Shown here in pieces: positions 27,761 through 41,863 of a stretch of 64,000 bases of DNA. Source of the stretch: Octopus bimaculoides (lineage: Eukaryota); contig NC_068982.1 of the NCBI RefSeq assembly GCF_001194135.2, forward strand, positions 122,183,646 through 122,247,645. The letters are read 5' to 3'. Position numbers and translations under genes: made by a program. Numbering within the stretch: the first letter of the stretch is position 1; each line of letters opens with the position of its first letter. The notes beneath the pieces were generated by a model, which saw only the letters and a program-made list of their open reading frames with translations, did no database searches and was not told the DNA's origin.

Positions 27761-27849
27761 AATATAATATGTGACAATTATTCGGTAGCCATGATAAAAC
27801 TCGGAGTTTTATCATGGCTACCAAATAATTGTCACGTATTATATTTACA
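27757..27849. repeat. 93-bp palindrome (46-bp arms, 2 mismatches, single central G)
   Basis: TGTAAATATAATATGTGACAATTATTCGGTAGCCATGATAAAACTC g GAGTTTTATCATGGCTACCAAATAATTGTCACGTATTATATTTACA. Confidence 0.95.
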
Positions 27850-27909
27850 GATAAATTCCTCTATTTATATAATATCGAGGTCTCTTTCATTCTTTTGTTG
27901 TCTTGCCAT

Positions 27910-28345
<436 letters not shown>

Positions 28346-30197
28346 CACACACATGTATGCATACGTATTCAGGAATGAGTTTCTGCAGATACATGCAAAT
28401 CTACACTATAATTGAATTTTCACTTTACGCTGCAGTGGGACATTCCTTATATCAATTGTTGATTGGAGATCACAAAGATGTCAGAATATCCCAACAGTAT
28501 TATTCTTGTCAGTCGTTGCTAAGCAGCACTGATGCTACTAGGGAATATCCAGGTACATACATGCCGACATAGATTCAAATGCATAATTAGATATAAACAT
28601 GTGCCTACACACACAATATGTAAAATCAATACAGCTCATCTGAATACTTGATATATGTGCACAGGCGCATGTGTATGTATGTGTGTGTGCATGTATGTGT
28701 GTATATATGTGCATATATATATATGAGTGTGCGTGTGTGTATGTATATATATATATGTATGTATATATAAATTTAAAATGGAGAAATCCACTTGATGCAA
28801 ACTGTAAGGTCATATTGACCCGCCGTCAAGTATTACAAGAGGGTTTTTTTTTTTATTCATAACATATCAACAAATGTCTAGTTTACATAGATCGGTTCTT
28901 GTTGTCGTGGATTCTACAAGGTGAATGCAGAGCAGAGTAGAGCAGAGCAGAGTAGAGCAGAGCAGAGTAGAGCAGAGCAGAAACAGAATTGTGCAAGCAC
29001 CGACTGCCACTTTGCTAGCACACTTGTCAGGTAGAGTGAGAGGGAAAAACTGAAAAGGCAAGGAGGAAGGGAAGGCAAAAAAGAAAAAGTGAGTAGGGAT
29101 CGAAGGGAGCTGGCGTTAACTAACTCACTCTAAAGTCTCATTTAGCAACTGCTCTTTATCGCAACAACGCAAGCAAATAGGGTGGCTATGTTCAATGAAA
29201 GGTGTTAGTTACTCAGCATGTTGGGTAAAAATGAGGCGAGATGCTGAGACAGAACAAACACACACACACACACACAAATGCATGCACTCACACACATTTA
29301 CACAAGAGCATGTACACAAACACAACTTTCTTGAAAAAGGAATGTAAAGTTTGTGGCAATGTACAAGGAAAATGGGAGGAATGAAGGAATGAAATATCTG
29401 TTTACATTTCAAGAAAAACCATGCATGTTTCTTGCATAAACTTCAAGAAATATTACAGCCCCCCCCCTGTTCTAAATTTAACGTTTGGAGGGAAGACTGG
29501 TGAATCCAAACTAGAAAATGTGGCAGATTTTGGCAGTTTTATAAATGTAGTGAAATAAACATTATAATACAATTTTCATTATCATTAATTAACGTTACTG
29601 TTATTTCCTCATAAATATTAATACCATTATTAAGAGTCATCATCATCGTCATCATCACCACCACCACCACCACCATTGTCATGACTACCACTAATATCAC
29701 AATAATCATTATTATCACCACCGTCAACATCATCACTACCACAAGCATTACAATGATCAGTATCATAGTTGTCATCATCCTAATACTCAGCCGCAACATC
29801 ACCATCCCCATCATGATTTATCATCATCTTCGTCATCAGCAGCACCACCACCACAACTACCACCGACATCACTACCATGACTAATAGCATCACCACCATC
29901 ACCACTGCCACAATCATCATCATGTACCTCACTAGTTTGTTACTGTTTAGCTGGACCATGAAGCTAAAAATATCCGGTGAAGTAGGACATGGATTAGTAA
30001 TTCACAGTCAATCAGGTAGTACATAGAAGTGTCTCACCTAATATGACTAGCATAGCCGTATTATTATACACTGCTGCTAGTTCAAAAGAAGCACCAACTA
30101 CACAACATCAAAATGATGGACCAGGCTATGAAAGTAACAGGAAGAATCATAGTACCACTGACTAGAAAGATTATCAACTTAGAATAGATAAACTTAA

Positions 30198-30617
30198 CCC
30201 TTTCATTGTGAGATTGAATTTCATGGTTATTCCAATAATGATGATAAACATCTACCAAAAAAATAGAATTGGTATTTTCTGCAAACTACATTATCATCAT
30301 TTAACACCCATTTTACATAGTGACAAGCTGGAGAGCTGCACCAGGCTCCAGTTGTTTGTTTTGGCATGGTTTCTATGGCTGGTTGCCCTTCCTAATGTCA
30401 ACCACTTTACAGAGTGTACTGGGTGCTTTTTATGTGGCACTAACACCAGTGCTTAATGCATGGCACCAGCATGGGTGCTTTTTACATAACACCAGAACAG
30501 AAAATAGTTTCAGACATGATGTTCCTCAACAAAAGGTAGGTTGGTATATAAAACTACTTTCCACAGTTAAGAGTAGTGAAATTTGAGTGGATATATCTAC
30601 TTTCTGCTGAAAAAGGG
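30198..30617. mobile_element. piggyBac-like MITE interrupted by an RTE 3'-end copy
   Basis: TTAA-CCCTTT start and AAAGGG-TTAG end; a related 3' portion occurs at ~35540-35718. Confidence 0.55.
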
Positions 30618-30809
30618 TTAGGTTTATGCCAGAGTAAGATACCACCAATGCTCTCTTGCTAGAGTACAAGTCTGTAGCTAATTGTAAGCCACTACACCTA
30701 GCATTTGTCCCCCTGGAGAAGGCTTTTTAAGGAGTGCATTGCTTTGTAGCTCAGTGGTCACTCAGAAAGCTAGATGTTGAATTCCTAGCTTGGAATTTAT
30801 CAATTCCCT

Positions 30810-31370
30810 TCACAATGACCAAGGCATTACTGTCAACAATGATTAGCATTGGATGACCCACATTTCTAAAAATCTTCAAAAAAGGCCAAAGGTGTCTTAG
30901 TATCATTCAGTAAAGCACTGTCAGTTGTTCACCAGCTATCTATCTAAAGTTATATATACAGTTATGGTATGTCCTCACAGTTTGCATCAAAATATCAATC
31001 TGCTGGAAGCTCTTCAAAGACATGCAACCAGACAAATACCCTCTGTCAGTCTCTTACCATATCTTAGAATGCATTGTTTCTCTGGGTATCAATACATTAA
31101 AGTTCTGACATACACCAGCTGACTTAGCAAAAGCCCACAAATTCATCCACCATTTTTCCAACAATATCTTTGGTTACCTTTTTTAAATTCAATATCTCTA
31201 CCATTCGTAGACATGTTTATAGAATCAAAAACAATACAGCATCCATGATATTTTTGAAACATTTGTTCATGCTCAGTATTGTTGAAGCTTGGAATAAATC
31301 ACTTGCGTCAGTTTAGTTGTCAGGACACTGCATCCCTCAAAAATTCTATGTAGCCTGAAATTCACCAGTA
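30810..31370 (+). mobile_element. CR1-group LINE C-terminal fragment
   Basis: DQGITVNND*HWMTHISKI..NINLLEALQRHATRQIP..; later a region resembling HFFxLRIVEAWNKL. Frameshifted. Confidence 0.7.
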
Positions 31371-32464
31371 CTACTCCTGATGCATCCTTTCCTCTTTATA
31401 GCTCTTTTTATACTGTTCACTTTTCTGTCTTTTTATGTTTTATTCTGTGTACTGTGCATGTGCTTCTAGTTTACATTGGTGTCATTTTACTTGACTTATG
31501 GCTGCTTTCTGTCCCTCTTTTAACCTTTTCCAAAGAGTTGTAGTTCACCTTAGCACTGTATTGTTTTTATTAGTTTACAAGAATTATATAAGAATTTTCT
31601 CCAGACATTCTCTCTGGATTACTAATGACGCAGAGAAACTGTCCAGAGAATTAAAAAGTTTAAAAATTCTTTCTGGTAAAGTTTAAAATGTATATTTGTA
31701 TTTCTATATATTTGATATGAATTGTGTGTATGAAAATATTTTAATTAAATTGCTAACAGTTAGTGTGTCAAAATGTATTTATGTGTGTAGTGTACAGATG
31801 TCCTTTGTAGTGTAAAGAAATAATTACATGTGTGAATGCAGGGTAAGTTTAAATATTTGTTGATACTAGTTTTTGGCAAGTGTGTGTATATGTAAACAAG
31901 CTTGTTAGTAGTCCTGATATCAAAACTTGATGTTGCAGTTTAGATACTAGGCCCTGAAAGTACAAATATTTAGGAAGATATTATTACCTAGCAGGCAACA
32001 AAGGAATTCATTCTTCAAATAAGGGGTTAGGACTGATGAGGCTTGTATACAAAATGTAAGATGCATAGTAGCAAAACATGGGCACTGAATACAGAGAGCA
32101 AGTGAAGACTGAAAGCAAATGTTAGTATTCTATTGGGTGCGTAATGCTAGAGTGCATGAGCAAGAGAGCATAAATGAGCTGCAAGAAAAACTGGCTATAA
32201 GAAATATCAAATGGGATATGTATGGCAGATGACAAATGGATGAAGAGGTACTAAATGAAGCCAGTAAAAGAAGACTAAAGAAGTCATGGTAAGGTAAGAA
32301 GTGGAAAGACTGATCTCACAAAAGAGATGACAAAAACTGTCAAATGTGGCATGACACTGTACTGAAGAAGACTCATCCAATTCATAGAAGCATGGAAAAA
32401 CAGAAATAAAAATTATGACAAAGATGATGACGATAACGATGATGATTATGATGACATATGTGAA

Positions 32465-32772
32465 GGCACGTGGCTTATTGGTTAGGGCATTTGGCTCAGG
32501 AGTGTAAGGTTGTGAGTTCAATTCCTGGCGAAGCGTTGTGTCTTTGAGCAAGACACTTTATTTTATGTTGCTCCAGTCCACTCAGCTGGCAAAAATGAGT
32601 AGTACCTGTATTTCGAAGGGCCAGCCTAGTTACGCTGGATCTCCCTGAGAACTACATTAAGGGTACACATGTCTGTGGAGTGCTCAGCCACTTGCACGTT
32701 AATTTCATGAGCAAGCTGTTCCGTGAAAGTATCAGCTAGGACCCTTGACGTCATCATAACTAATGGAGTACT
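32465..32772 (+). mobile_element. tRNA-derived SINE family D
   Basis: Head GGCACGTGGCTTA.TGGTTAG..GAGTTCAATTCC and core GTGTCTTTGAGCAAGACACTTTATTT..GCTCCAGT.CACTCAGCTG, shared with 43030-43350 and 39735-39975. Confidence 0.75.
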
Positions 32773-33007
32773 CCTTTTTTTGATGATATATATCACAATG
32801 AACAATAACAAAATGAAACAAGACAACACAGGAGAAATAAGTTTCAACAAATATCATTTTAGTTTAACTGTTAAAAAGTAAGTGAGAGGGAGTCTCAACA
32901 TTTTTGCTGCTTGTCCCTTATCAGAAGAAAAACAAGGAGTGAGGAAGATGAGAGATGGTTGAGAAGAAAGAGATAAAAGAGAAAATTGTATGTATAGGTG
33001 CAAGGTG

Positions 33008-33438
33008 CAGGCATGGCTGTGTGGTATGAAATTTGCTTACCAAGCACATGTTCTGAGTTCAGTCTCACTGCATGGCACCTCGACCAACAAAAGCATTGTG
33101 AGTGGATTTGGTTGATAGAGACTGAAAGAAGTCCATTGTGTGTGTGTATATATGTGTGTGTGTGTGTGCGTGTCTGTGAGTGTGTATTTATTTGTGTGTG
33201 TGCATGTTTGTGTCTGTGTTTGTACCCATCACTGCTTGACAACCAGTGCTGGTGTGTTTACATCCCCATAACTTAGCAGTTCAGCAAATGATAGCAATAG
33301 AATAAGTACCAAGCTTTAAAAAAATGAAATAACAGAATAAGTACTAGGGTCAATTCATTTGACTAAAAATTCTTCAAGGCGATGCCCCAGCCTGACCACA
33401 GTCTAATGAGTGAAACAAGCAAAAGATAAAAGATAAAA
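33008..33438 (+). mobile_element. SINE family A
   Basis: Same head, (TG)n middle and AAAAGAT tail. Confidence 0.8.
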
Positions 33439-33620
33439 CATCTCTGCACACACATTCTTTTGTTTAATTCGCTTATTAGTTTCAAGCTTCTCGCTGTGGT
33501 CATGGTCGGTCACTGCCATTGACATCTATTTTAGGACTGCATTCATATTTGCTGAGTGAGGGAGTTCAAGCAGTCACTGTCCAAATCCTTTTTAGAAGTG
33601 TTGGTATCCACTCCACACAT

Positions 33621-33980
33621 CATCATCGCTTAACGTCCGCTTTCCATGCTAGCATGGGTTGGACGATTTTACTGAGGACTGGTGGACTAGGTGGCTACAC
33701 CAGGCTCCAATCTGATTTAGTAGAGTTTCTACAGCTGGATGCCCTTCCTAATGCCAACCACTCCGAGAGTGTAGTGGGTGCTTTTACGTGTCACCGGCAC
33801 GAAGGCCAGTCAGGCAGTACTGGCAACGGCCATGCTCAAAATGGTGTATTTTACGTGCCACCTGCACAGGAGCCAGTCCAGCGGCACTGGCAATGATCTC
33901 GCTCGAATATCTTTTCACGTGCCAGGAAGGCGACGTTGGTAACGATCACGCTCAAATGGTGCTATTTATGTGCTACTGGC
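33621..33980 (-). mobile_element. Longer RTE 3'-UTR copy with internal imperfect ~60-65-bp repeats
   Basis: Standard tail at 33621-33800, then repeated GGCACTGGCAA..GCTC(A/G)AA..TTT(T)ACGTGCC units. Confidence 0.7.
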
Positions 33981-36900
33981 ATGGAAGCCAGATAGCTGAT
34001 CCCTTATATTGTGATGGAGAACACTGAAGAGAGGTAGCTCCTTGAAATTTAGGCAGTTACCTGGTACATATTTGAGTGAAAGAAAGTGGAATTTTTGGAA
34101 CTATGTGATGACCTCCTGTTTGGAGATTTGTATAATTTTTAATACTGCAGTTTGATACTAAAGACCTGAGGACATTCTAGATATAGAAGGTGATGACAAT
34201 GATGGCGATGACAACGATGGCGATGACAATGATGGCAATGGTGACAACGATGTTATGTGTGATGATAATATGTGTGTGTCTGTGTATGCATGCATGCATG
34301 TGCATGTGTCTTCATATTTGTCCCCACTGCCATTTGACAACTGCTGTTGGTTTTATGTCCCTGTAACAGCGGTTCAGTAAATGAGATGAAAGAATAAGTA
34401 CCAGACTTGAAAATGAGTACTGGGACCAATTTGTTTGACTAAACTCTACAAGGTGGTGTCCTAGCATTATCACAGTTCAATGGCTGAAACAATTAAAGAT
34501 AAATGTTATCTTAGTTCTTCACATTCCTAAACCAATGTAAATAATGATTTCTTAAACTGACACAAGTGCAATAATTTGGCTATTTTGTAATCCTTGGTTA
34601 GACACATCATCAAAAGCCATCCCACGTGTTAACATTGTATCTTTATTTTCTTTGTCACTCAGTTTCACATTAACAGCTGGTTCTTGGATACCACCAATGA
34701 AATCCAGTTTGTTGCAAGCATTCGAACCAGGCTGAAGATTAAATTTTTCCTTTCCTTTTACCAGTTATAAAAGCCCTTTAAAAAGTCACAGCCACTGTTC
34801 GTTTTCCTCTCACAAATCCAAATAAACAAATAAGAAAATGATTTTTTTAAAAACAACAGGCTGTGAATTTTTGTCTCTAGCAGGCCAAGCTATTGAGATT
34901 AAGGTTCCCTCAATTGTTCAAAGAGAAGTAGGTATCGTCAATGGGTACTTATCTTAATGATACTAAGGAGATAAAAGGCAAATCCTTTAACTACAAAATT
35001 AAATTTCATGGTTATTTCAGTAATGTTGCTAAAAATCATCATCATGTAATGTCTGTGTTCCAAGCTGGCATGGGTTAGATGACTTGACAGGATCCAATGT
35101 ATCCAAGGAGTGTATCAAGTGTCAGTGTCTGCTTTGATATGGTTTTTATAGCTGGATGCCCTTTCTAATGCCAACCACTTTACTGCATGGACTGGGCGTT
35201 TTTTTTTGTGTGCTAATTCCACTATTGAGGTTGTCATGCAGTTTATAGGACTTTGAGCCCTGGTGTTGGGGGGGGGTCGACTTCATGCTAGGGACGAGGA
35301 AATTACTGGGGATGGGTGGTGGATGGCAGAGCAGATTTCTGCAGAGGGAACTGCACGGTTATTCACATCTAATAGAAAAGTGGTGAGGAGAAAGAGAAAA
35401 TGATCAATAGGAGCTGTAAGATATAGATAATAGTAATAAGGTGCCCAGGTGGCCCCACAAGATACAAGCTGAGTAACAGTGGGTGGTTTGCAATATTGCA
35501 TGGGAAGGTGAATGTGAGGTAGGGAGGCAAACTGCCAAAATAGAATTGGTATTTTCCACATGTCACATTGCCTCAATAAACCTGACATATCTCAACAAAA
35601 AATAGTTTCAAACATGACATTCCTCAACAAAAGATAGATTGGTATATAAAACTGCTTTCTACTGTAAAGGTTAATGAAGATTTGAGTGAATATATCTGAT
35701 TTCCGGAAAAAAGGGGTTCAACTGAGGATGGAAAAGGAAGTTAGTAAACTAAATTCTGCAAGGCATTTTATCTGCCATTTTGCCATTTCTGAGTTTTCAC
35801 TGAACCACTGAACTTCAGACTAGTGTAAATGAAATAATAAAATAAAAGACATTTACAAAGAGAAATTCCAGAAAAGGTTAAAAAGAAAACAACCTTTTGA
35901 TAGATTTTTGAGAGGAAAAAAAAACTTTTCTTTACCCTTCACACACAGAAGTAAACCCTCTCCCACTACATAACCCAACCATCTCCATATGTAAATGAGC
36001 TCTCAGCACACAAACTAGATAATATGGTGTTTGACAGGTCCTGTTTAGGGTTTTGATTTCCTCTTCTCTAAATCCTTTAAGTAACTCCAACACACATTTT
36101 CTAAGGGTATGCTTTTCTCTCTCCCTTTGCATGTGTGTGCTTCTATATAGAGGAAGCTAGTTAATTGGCAAAACTAGTGATGTTCCTATTACTGTTGTCG
36201 CTGTGTTATTTAACTCCTGGTCAGTCCTTCTGGAGCAAACCAATAATTAAGAACAATTCATCAAAGACTATTCCATCCATCTTTTTTTGTTTCAGGCATT
36301 TCGTTTCTTTGATTATATAATCTAATGCAGCCTTTTCTTTTTAAAAATTTCTTAAGACAGTAAGGGGTAGTTTGAGGGAGATTTGGCTGCTATTTCTAGT
36401 AGCTTGAGCAACAACTTATCGGTTCTCTGGTTGTGGCGGTGGTAGTGGAGGTGGTGGTTGTCGTATTGCTAATGATACAAGGAGTGTGAATAGGAAAGGG
36501 AAGGTAGGGAATACCCATGTCTTTGTGGCTAGACCCATTGTTCAGTAAGATATAGAATACATTATGCTGAACTGCTAAGCATCTCATCTGGAAGATTAAA
36601 TAGATAAATAAATAAATAAATAAATAAATAAGGAAGGGATGCTGGATCTTCGCCAGCTGTCTTTGCCACAGCAACCTAACAACAATACTTTATCCATCCA
36701 ATACCCTCAACTCACACACATCATACTGAAAACAAATATAATACAAAGAAAAAGAGGAAAAACAATAATAATAGCATAACAACAGTTAGCAGTTGCCATG
36801 AGTCACCATTGGGTTCTGTAAAAAAAGGAGCAGGGTGGAGAGGAAAGAAGCTTAACTGTAATTTACCCTGGAATAAAGATTTATCAAGATGCTTTCTCCA

Positions 36901-38270
36901 GCCCTTTCACAACATGTGTATAGAGATTAATCTGCACACATGAGGCAGACACACCGCACACTAAAATATGTGTGTGTGTGTGTGTGTGTGTGTGTAAAGA
37001 GAGGGCGAGAGAGTGAAAGAGAGAGGAAGAATGAAAGTGAGGTATACAACCATACATGTTATGTCAAGGGTACACAAAAAAAGCAATATCTTGATATTGC
37101 TTACAAACAAGTATGTTCTTGCGTATATGTGTACATAGGTTTAAACAAATGTGTATGTGGCATGGGGCCAGTTCATATGTGAGGAAGACCACTATTTCAA
37201 TGATTTGTGAGCTCTCTCTCACCCACCCTCTCTCTCTCTCTCTCTCTTTTGCACACACATACACGTTTGTAAATCAGTATACAAACTATACATAGACAGA
37301 TAAGCAGATGAGCAACCAAACAGACACAAAGATGAGGGCCACCTGATATTCCTTAGTCCCTATGTTCCTAAAATGTTTGAAATTTTCATTTCTTACATCT
37401 TCCATGACGCTCTAACAGCATGTATAAACTGTTTTAATATATCTATAATGCTCTATAGTCAGGATGTATTTTAGGGTAGATTAAAAGCTTATGCTAAGTA
37501 CCACTTGACTGGTGCCATTATAAATTAATGACAATTATGTTGCCAATACACACACGCACACGTGTATACACACATGCACCATACACACATATACACACAT
37601 TTATATATATATATATATATATAAACATAATTAAGGGATCAGCAACAGTTGCTTCACCACATACCGAAGTTCAGAAATAGCAGCTAAAGCGCTGAAACGC
37701 CAACAAATAGCTGTTGGAGTTTCANNNNNNNNNNNNNNNNNNNNNNNNNNNNNNNNNNNNNNNNNNNNNNNNNNNNNNNNNNNNNNNNNNNNNNNNNNNN
37801 NNNNNNNNNNNNNNNNNNNNNNNNNNNNNNNNNNNNNNNNNNNNNNNNNNNNNNNNNNNNNNNNNNNNNNNNNNNNNNNNNNNNNNNNNNNNNNNNNNNN
37901 NNNNNNNNNNNNNNNNNNNNNNNNNNNNNNNNNNNNNNNNNNNNNNNNNNNNNNNNNNNNNNNNNNNNNNNNNNNNNNNNNNNNNNNNNNNNNNNNNNNN
38001 NNNNNNNNNNNNNNNNNNNNNNNNNNNNNNNNNNNNNNNNNNNNNNNNNNNNNNNNNNNNNNNNNNNNNNNNNNNNNNNNNNNNNNNNNNNNNNNNNNNN
38101 NNNNNNNNNNNNNNNNNNNNNNNNNNNNNNNNNNNNNNNNNNTTATTTGTAATATATATATATATCATCATCATCATCATCATCATCATCGTTTAACGTC
38201 CGCTTTCCATGCTAGCATGGGTTGGACGACTTGACTGAGGACTATATATATATATATATATATATGTACT

Positions 38271-38536
38271 AATTAATAAAAGACAAGGGTAAGGAATGTG
38301 ATCAACTTCATTAGCCTACAGCTGTTTCTGCCATTAGAAGTAGTCACTCAGAGCTGAATGCTTGTGAATTTAAATGCTTCTTGAAATAAACATACACTCC
38401 ATTTAATGGCTCTGAGGAAGTTATAGAATGTTGTACAAGCATTCAGCTCTGAGTGGTTTGTTTCTAATAGCAGAAATAGCTGTAAAGCTAATGAAGATGA
38501 TTACTTTAACTCCTGTTCCCTTGTCATTTATTAATT
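38271..38536. repeat. Inverted repeat, ~100-bp arms, ~69-bp spacer
   Basis: 38271-38365 versus 38435-38536 (CACTCAGAGCTGAATGCTTGT / ACAAGCATTCAGCTCTGAGTG, etc.); more diverged than the others. Confidence 0.85.
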
Positions 38537-38829
38537 AACGTTACACTCTGTACACATCTAAGGCTTTACTCTAAGACATATATATATACTGAATTTTTAT
38601 AACAGCTGGTTTTTAGTATCACTATGCCTAAGTAAAATCAGTTTACATATATAATACACACACACACACACACACATATCATCATCATCATCATCATCGT
38701 TTAATGTCCATTTTCCATGCTGGCAAAGGTTGCATCAGGTTCCAATCTGATCTGGCAAGGTTTCTACAGCTGGATGCCCTTCCTGATGCAAACCACTCCG
38801 AGAGTGTAGTGGGTACTTTTTATGTACTA

Positions 38830-38908
<79 letters not shown>

Positions 38909-39073
38909 GTATTTATTTTCATATGCATATGGACACTAGCTTAGCAGGGGTACTTTTGTGTCTGCTGTAGGCAATATGTAGTTTTTTGTAGTGTCTGGAG
39001 GCAGCAAACGGAAGGGCTACCCCAAGTGGCACGCACTCTAGCTAAGCTAGTGCATATATATATATATATATAT

Positions 39074-39715
39074 GAGAAATACCTAGCCAAAGATAAACCC
39101 CTATATTTGGCTTTTGTGAACTTGGAGAAAACCTTTGACAGGGTCCCCTGATCTTTTATCTGGTGGGTGATGCAGAAACTGGGGATTGATGAATGGTTAA
39201 TAAGGGTTGTACAGGCCCTATACAGAGATGCCATTAGTAGGTTTAGGATTAGAAATGAGTATAGTGAAAAATTCTGAGTAGAAGTAGGGGTCCACCAAGG
39301 ATCATCCCTCAGCCCCCTCTTATTCATCATACTCCTCCAGGTAATAATAGAGGAATTCAAGAAGGTTGCCCAGTGTAAGCTATGGACACATAAAAGGTGC
39401 AGCAACATCAAAGGAAGATTAACCGGGAAGATAGCTTTCGTGTGCAGCAGATACACAGGGGCAATAAACACCACAGATGCTCAGAAAACAGACACCATCA
39501 CATGCCAGTGGGAGAAACTGGAAGTAGTTGATAGTTTCCACTACCTAGGTGACCAAATCTGTAGTGGGGGTGGATGCTCAGAGAGTGTTACCACTAGAAT
39601 GAGAATAGGCTGGGCAAAGTTCAGAAAGCTTCTACCCCTACTGGTGACAAAGGGCCTCTCACTCAGAGTGAAAGGATGTATGATGCATGTGTGCGAACTG
39701 CCATACTTCACTACA
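39074..39715 (+). mobile_element. RTE-clade LINE reverse transcriptase fragment with internal deletion
   Basis: EKYLAKDKPLYLAFVNLEKTFDRVP..VGVHQGSSLSPLLFII..GC, then a jump at 39371 to QCKLWTHKRCS..FVCSR..LEVVDSFHYLGD..RIGWAKFRKLLPLL. The YADD segment is missing. Confidence 0.9.
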
Positions 39716-40697
39716 GTTACCCTCTGAGGCACAAGTCCAGTCAAGTTTGTTTATGGAAGACCAGTAGTTGCCACTAATGTTGTTGAAAAGAAAGACAACA
39801 GCTGATACAGATTGACACCAGTGATGTTGCAACTTATTTCTACAGCTGAATGAACTGGAGCAACATGAAATAAAGTGTCTTGCTCAAGAACACAACACAC
39901 AGTCAGGTCCAGGAATTGAACTTACTACTTCATGATTGTGAACCTGATGCTCTAACCACTGAGCCATATGCCTTCACAATATCCAAGTATATCTCGGAGT
40001 GGTTGGCGTTAAGGAAGGGCATCCAGCTGTAGAAACTCTGCCAAATCAGATTGGAGCTTAGTGTAGCCATCTGGTTCACCAGTCCTCAGTCAAATCGTCC
40101 AACCCATGCTAGCATGGAAAGCAGACCTTAAACGATGATGATGATGATGATGATGATGTATCAGTCATTCACATTTCATGACTATCCCGCAAATAAGGTC
40201 AAAGGTTTTGATAACCAGTCATTTTCTTTGTTTATTTGCCTTCCGCCTTTCTCATAAGTTAACACTGATGTACCACACTGCCATACCGATACACCAGTCT
40301 CTCCTCCTTTAGTCAGTCCTACTGTGTCTCACCCTCATTCCAATCCTACCCCACACTAAACACTGTTATCAATCCTTCTTTTTCAGAACATCACCCGTCC
40401 TGTGTTATCCTCCCCCACTCTGTGCTACCTCCCACCCTGAGTTACCCTCCCCCATTATGTTTTTTCCTGAAAACATTGACCTACATCTGTTCAAACTGAA
40501 CATTAATCATATGAATTTCACGAGTCCAGGGTGAATCTGCAAAAGGTTGTGAGTTTTGCCCATCCTTTTCTGAATAATTTAAAATCTTCTTTCATAACAA
40601 CAACTAATTGCATATGATATCAAAAAGAAGATGGTTTATGGTGAGGGTGGGGGTCTTGGGACAAAAGAATCTTCACAAAAAGTTTAAGAATTTTACA

Positions 40698-41132
40698 TAA
40701 GAAAGCTTGCTTCCCAGCCAACTGGTTCTGGATTCAATCCCACTGCACAGCATCTTGGGCAAATGTTTTCTTCTATAGTACTGGGCCAACCAGAGACATG
40801 TGAGTGAGTTTGGTTGATGGAAACTGAAAGAAATCTCATTGTATGTGTGTGTGTGAGGGAGAGAGAGAGAAAGAGTATGTGTACATGTGTGTGTGTGCAT
40901 CTATGTGTTTGTCCCCCATTACTGCTTGACAACCCGTGTTGGTTTGTTCACATTCCTGTAACTTAGCACTTCAGCAAAAGAGACCAGTAGAATAAGTACT
41001 GAGCTTAAAAAAAAAACAAATAAAAAAAAGAGAAAATAAACACTGATGTTGATTTGTTCAACTAAACCCTTTGAGGCAGGGCCTTAGCATGGCCACAGAC
41101 CAATGACTGAAGCAAGTACAAGATAAAAGATA
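40698..41132 (+). mobile_element. SINE family A
   Basis: Same architecture, diverged. Confidence 0.75.
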
Positions 41133-41245
41133 GCAATTCCCTAAATTTCTTCCACCCCTTTCAAATCCTAGTCCCTATGCCATCACTAACTGTACCCACC
41201 ATCCTAATACAATAAAAAAATATCACTAATGCTTCATTTGTTTAG

Positions 41246-41863
41246 CCCTTTAGCATTTAAATAGGTCCTATCAGGCCCAGATATTCTACCTGTTCTATCA
41301 TCATCATCATCATCGTTTAACGTCCGCTTTCCATGCTAGTATGGGTTGGACGATTTGACTGGGGACTAGTGAACCAGATGACTACACCACAACAGGCCAT
41401 GATCGTAGCTGTCAGGCACAGGTTGACAGGCCATGATTGTGGCCCAGATAAATGCATTTAATTAATGGCCGTTTGTTGGGGTTTAATGTTACTCAGAAGC
41501 TCCGATACTCCCTAGAATGCAAGGGGGTTAATAGTTCAACTAATGACTTTTCAGATGATGTAAAACTCACCACCATTATATCCTAAGATATTTTAACTAT
41601 TTCTTTGTTTTTTATGTGTGGACGGTAGTCTCATTTTCATAAAATGTGCTCAGCAGTCCATGCTACGTAAGTGCAAATCCAGCGCTTTATGGGTTAAACC
41701 AGCCAGATCCTGACTCTCGCACATACCCTACAATGCCAGAGTTAAATATATACAGTTATATCACTGAAATCTCAAAGCTACGAGGCTACGAGATAATGCA
41801 TGATTAATTCAAAACAATTTGAATAAATATTATATTTGACAGAGTAATCTGAATGCCAAAGGG
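41246..41863. mobile_element. piggyBac-like MITE with nested insertions
   Basis: TIRs CCCTTTAGCATT / AATGCCAAAGGG flanked by TTAG; an RTE tail (CAT)n starts at ~41298. Confidence 0.6.

Noticed and set aside
30741-30790. tRNA-like A/B boxes just upstream of the CR1 fragment (possible second RNA-LINE chimera)
   Set aside because: Too short and degenerate, and the junction is undefined; a SINE head remnant or chance is equally likely.
36620-36690. Minus-strand MDKVLLLGCCGKDSWRRSS peptide
   Set aside because: No splice donor; it runs into an (AAAT)n tract and stops.
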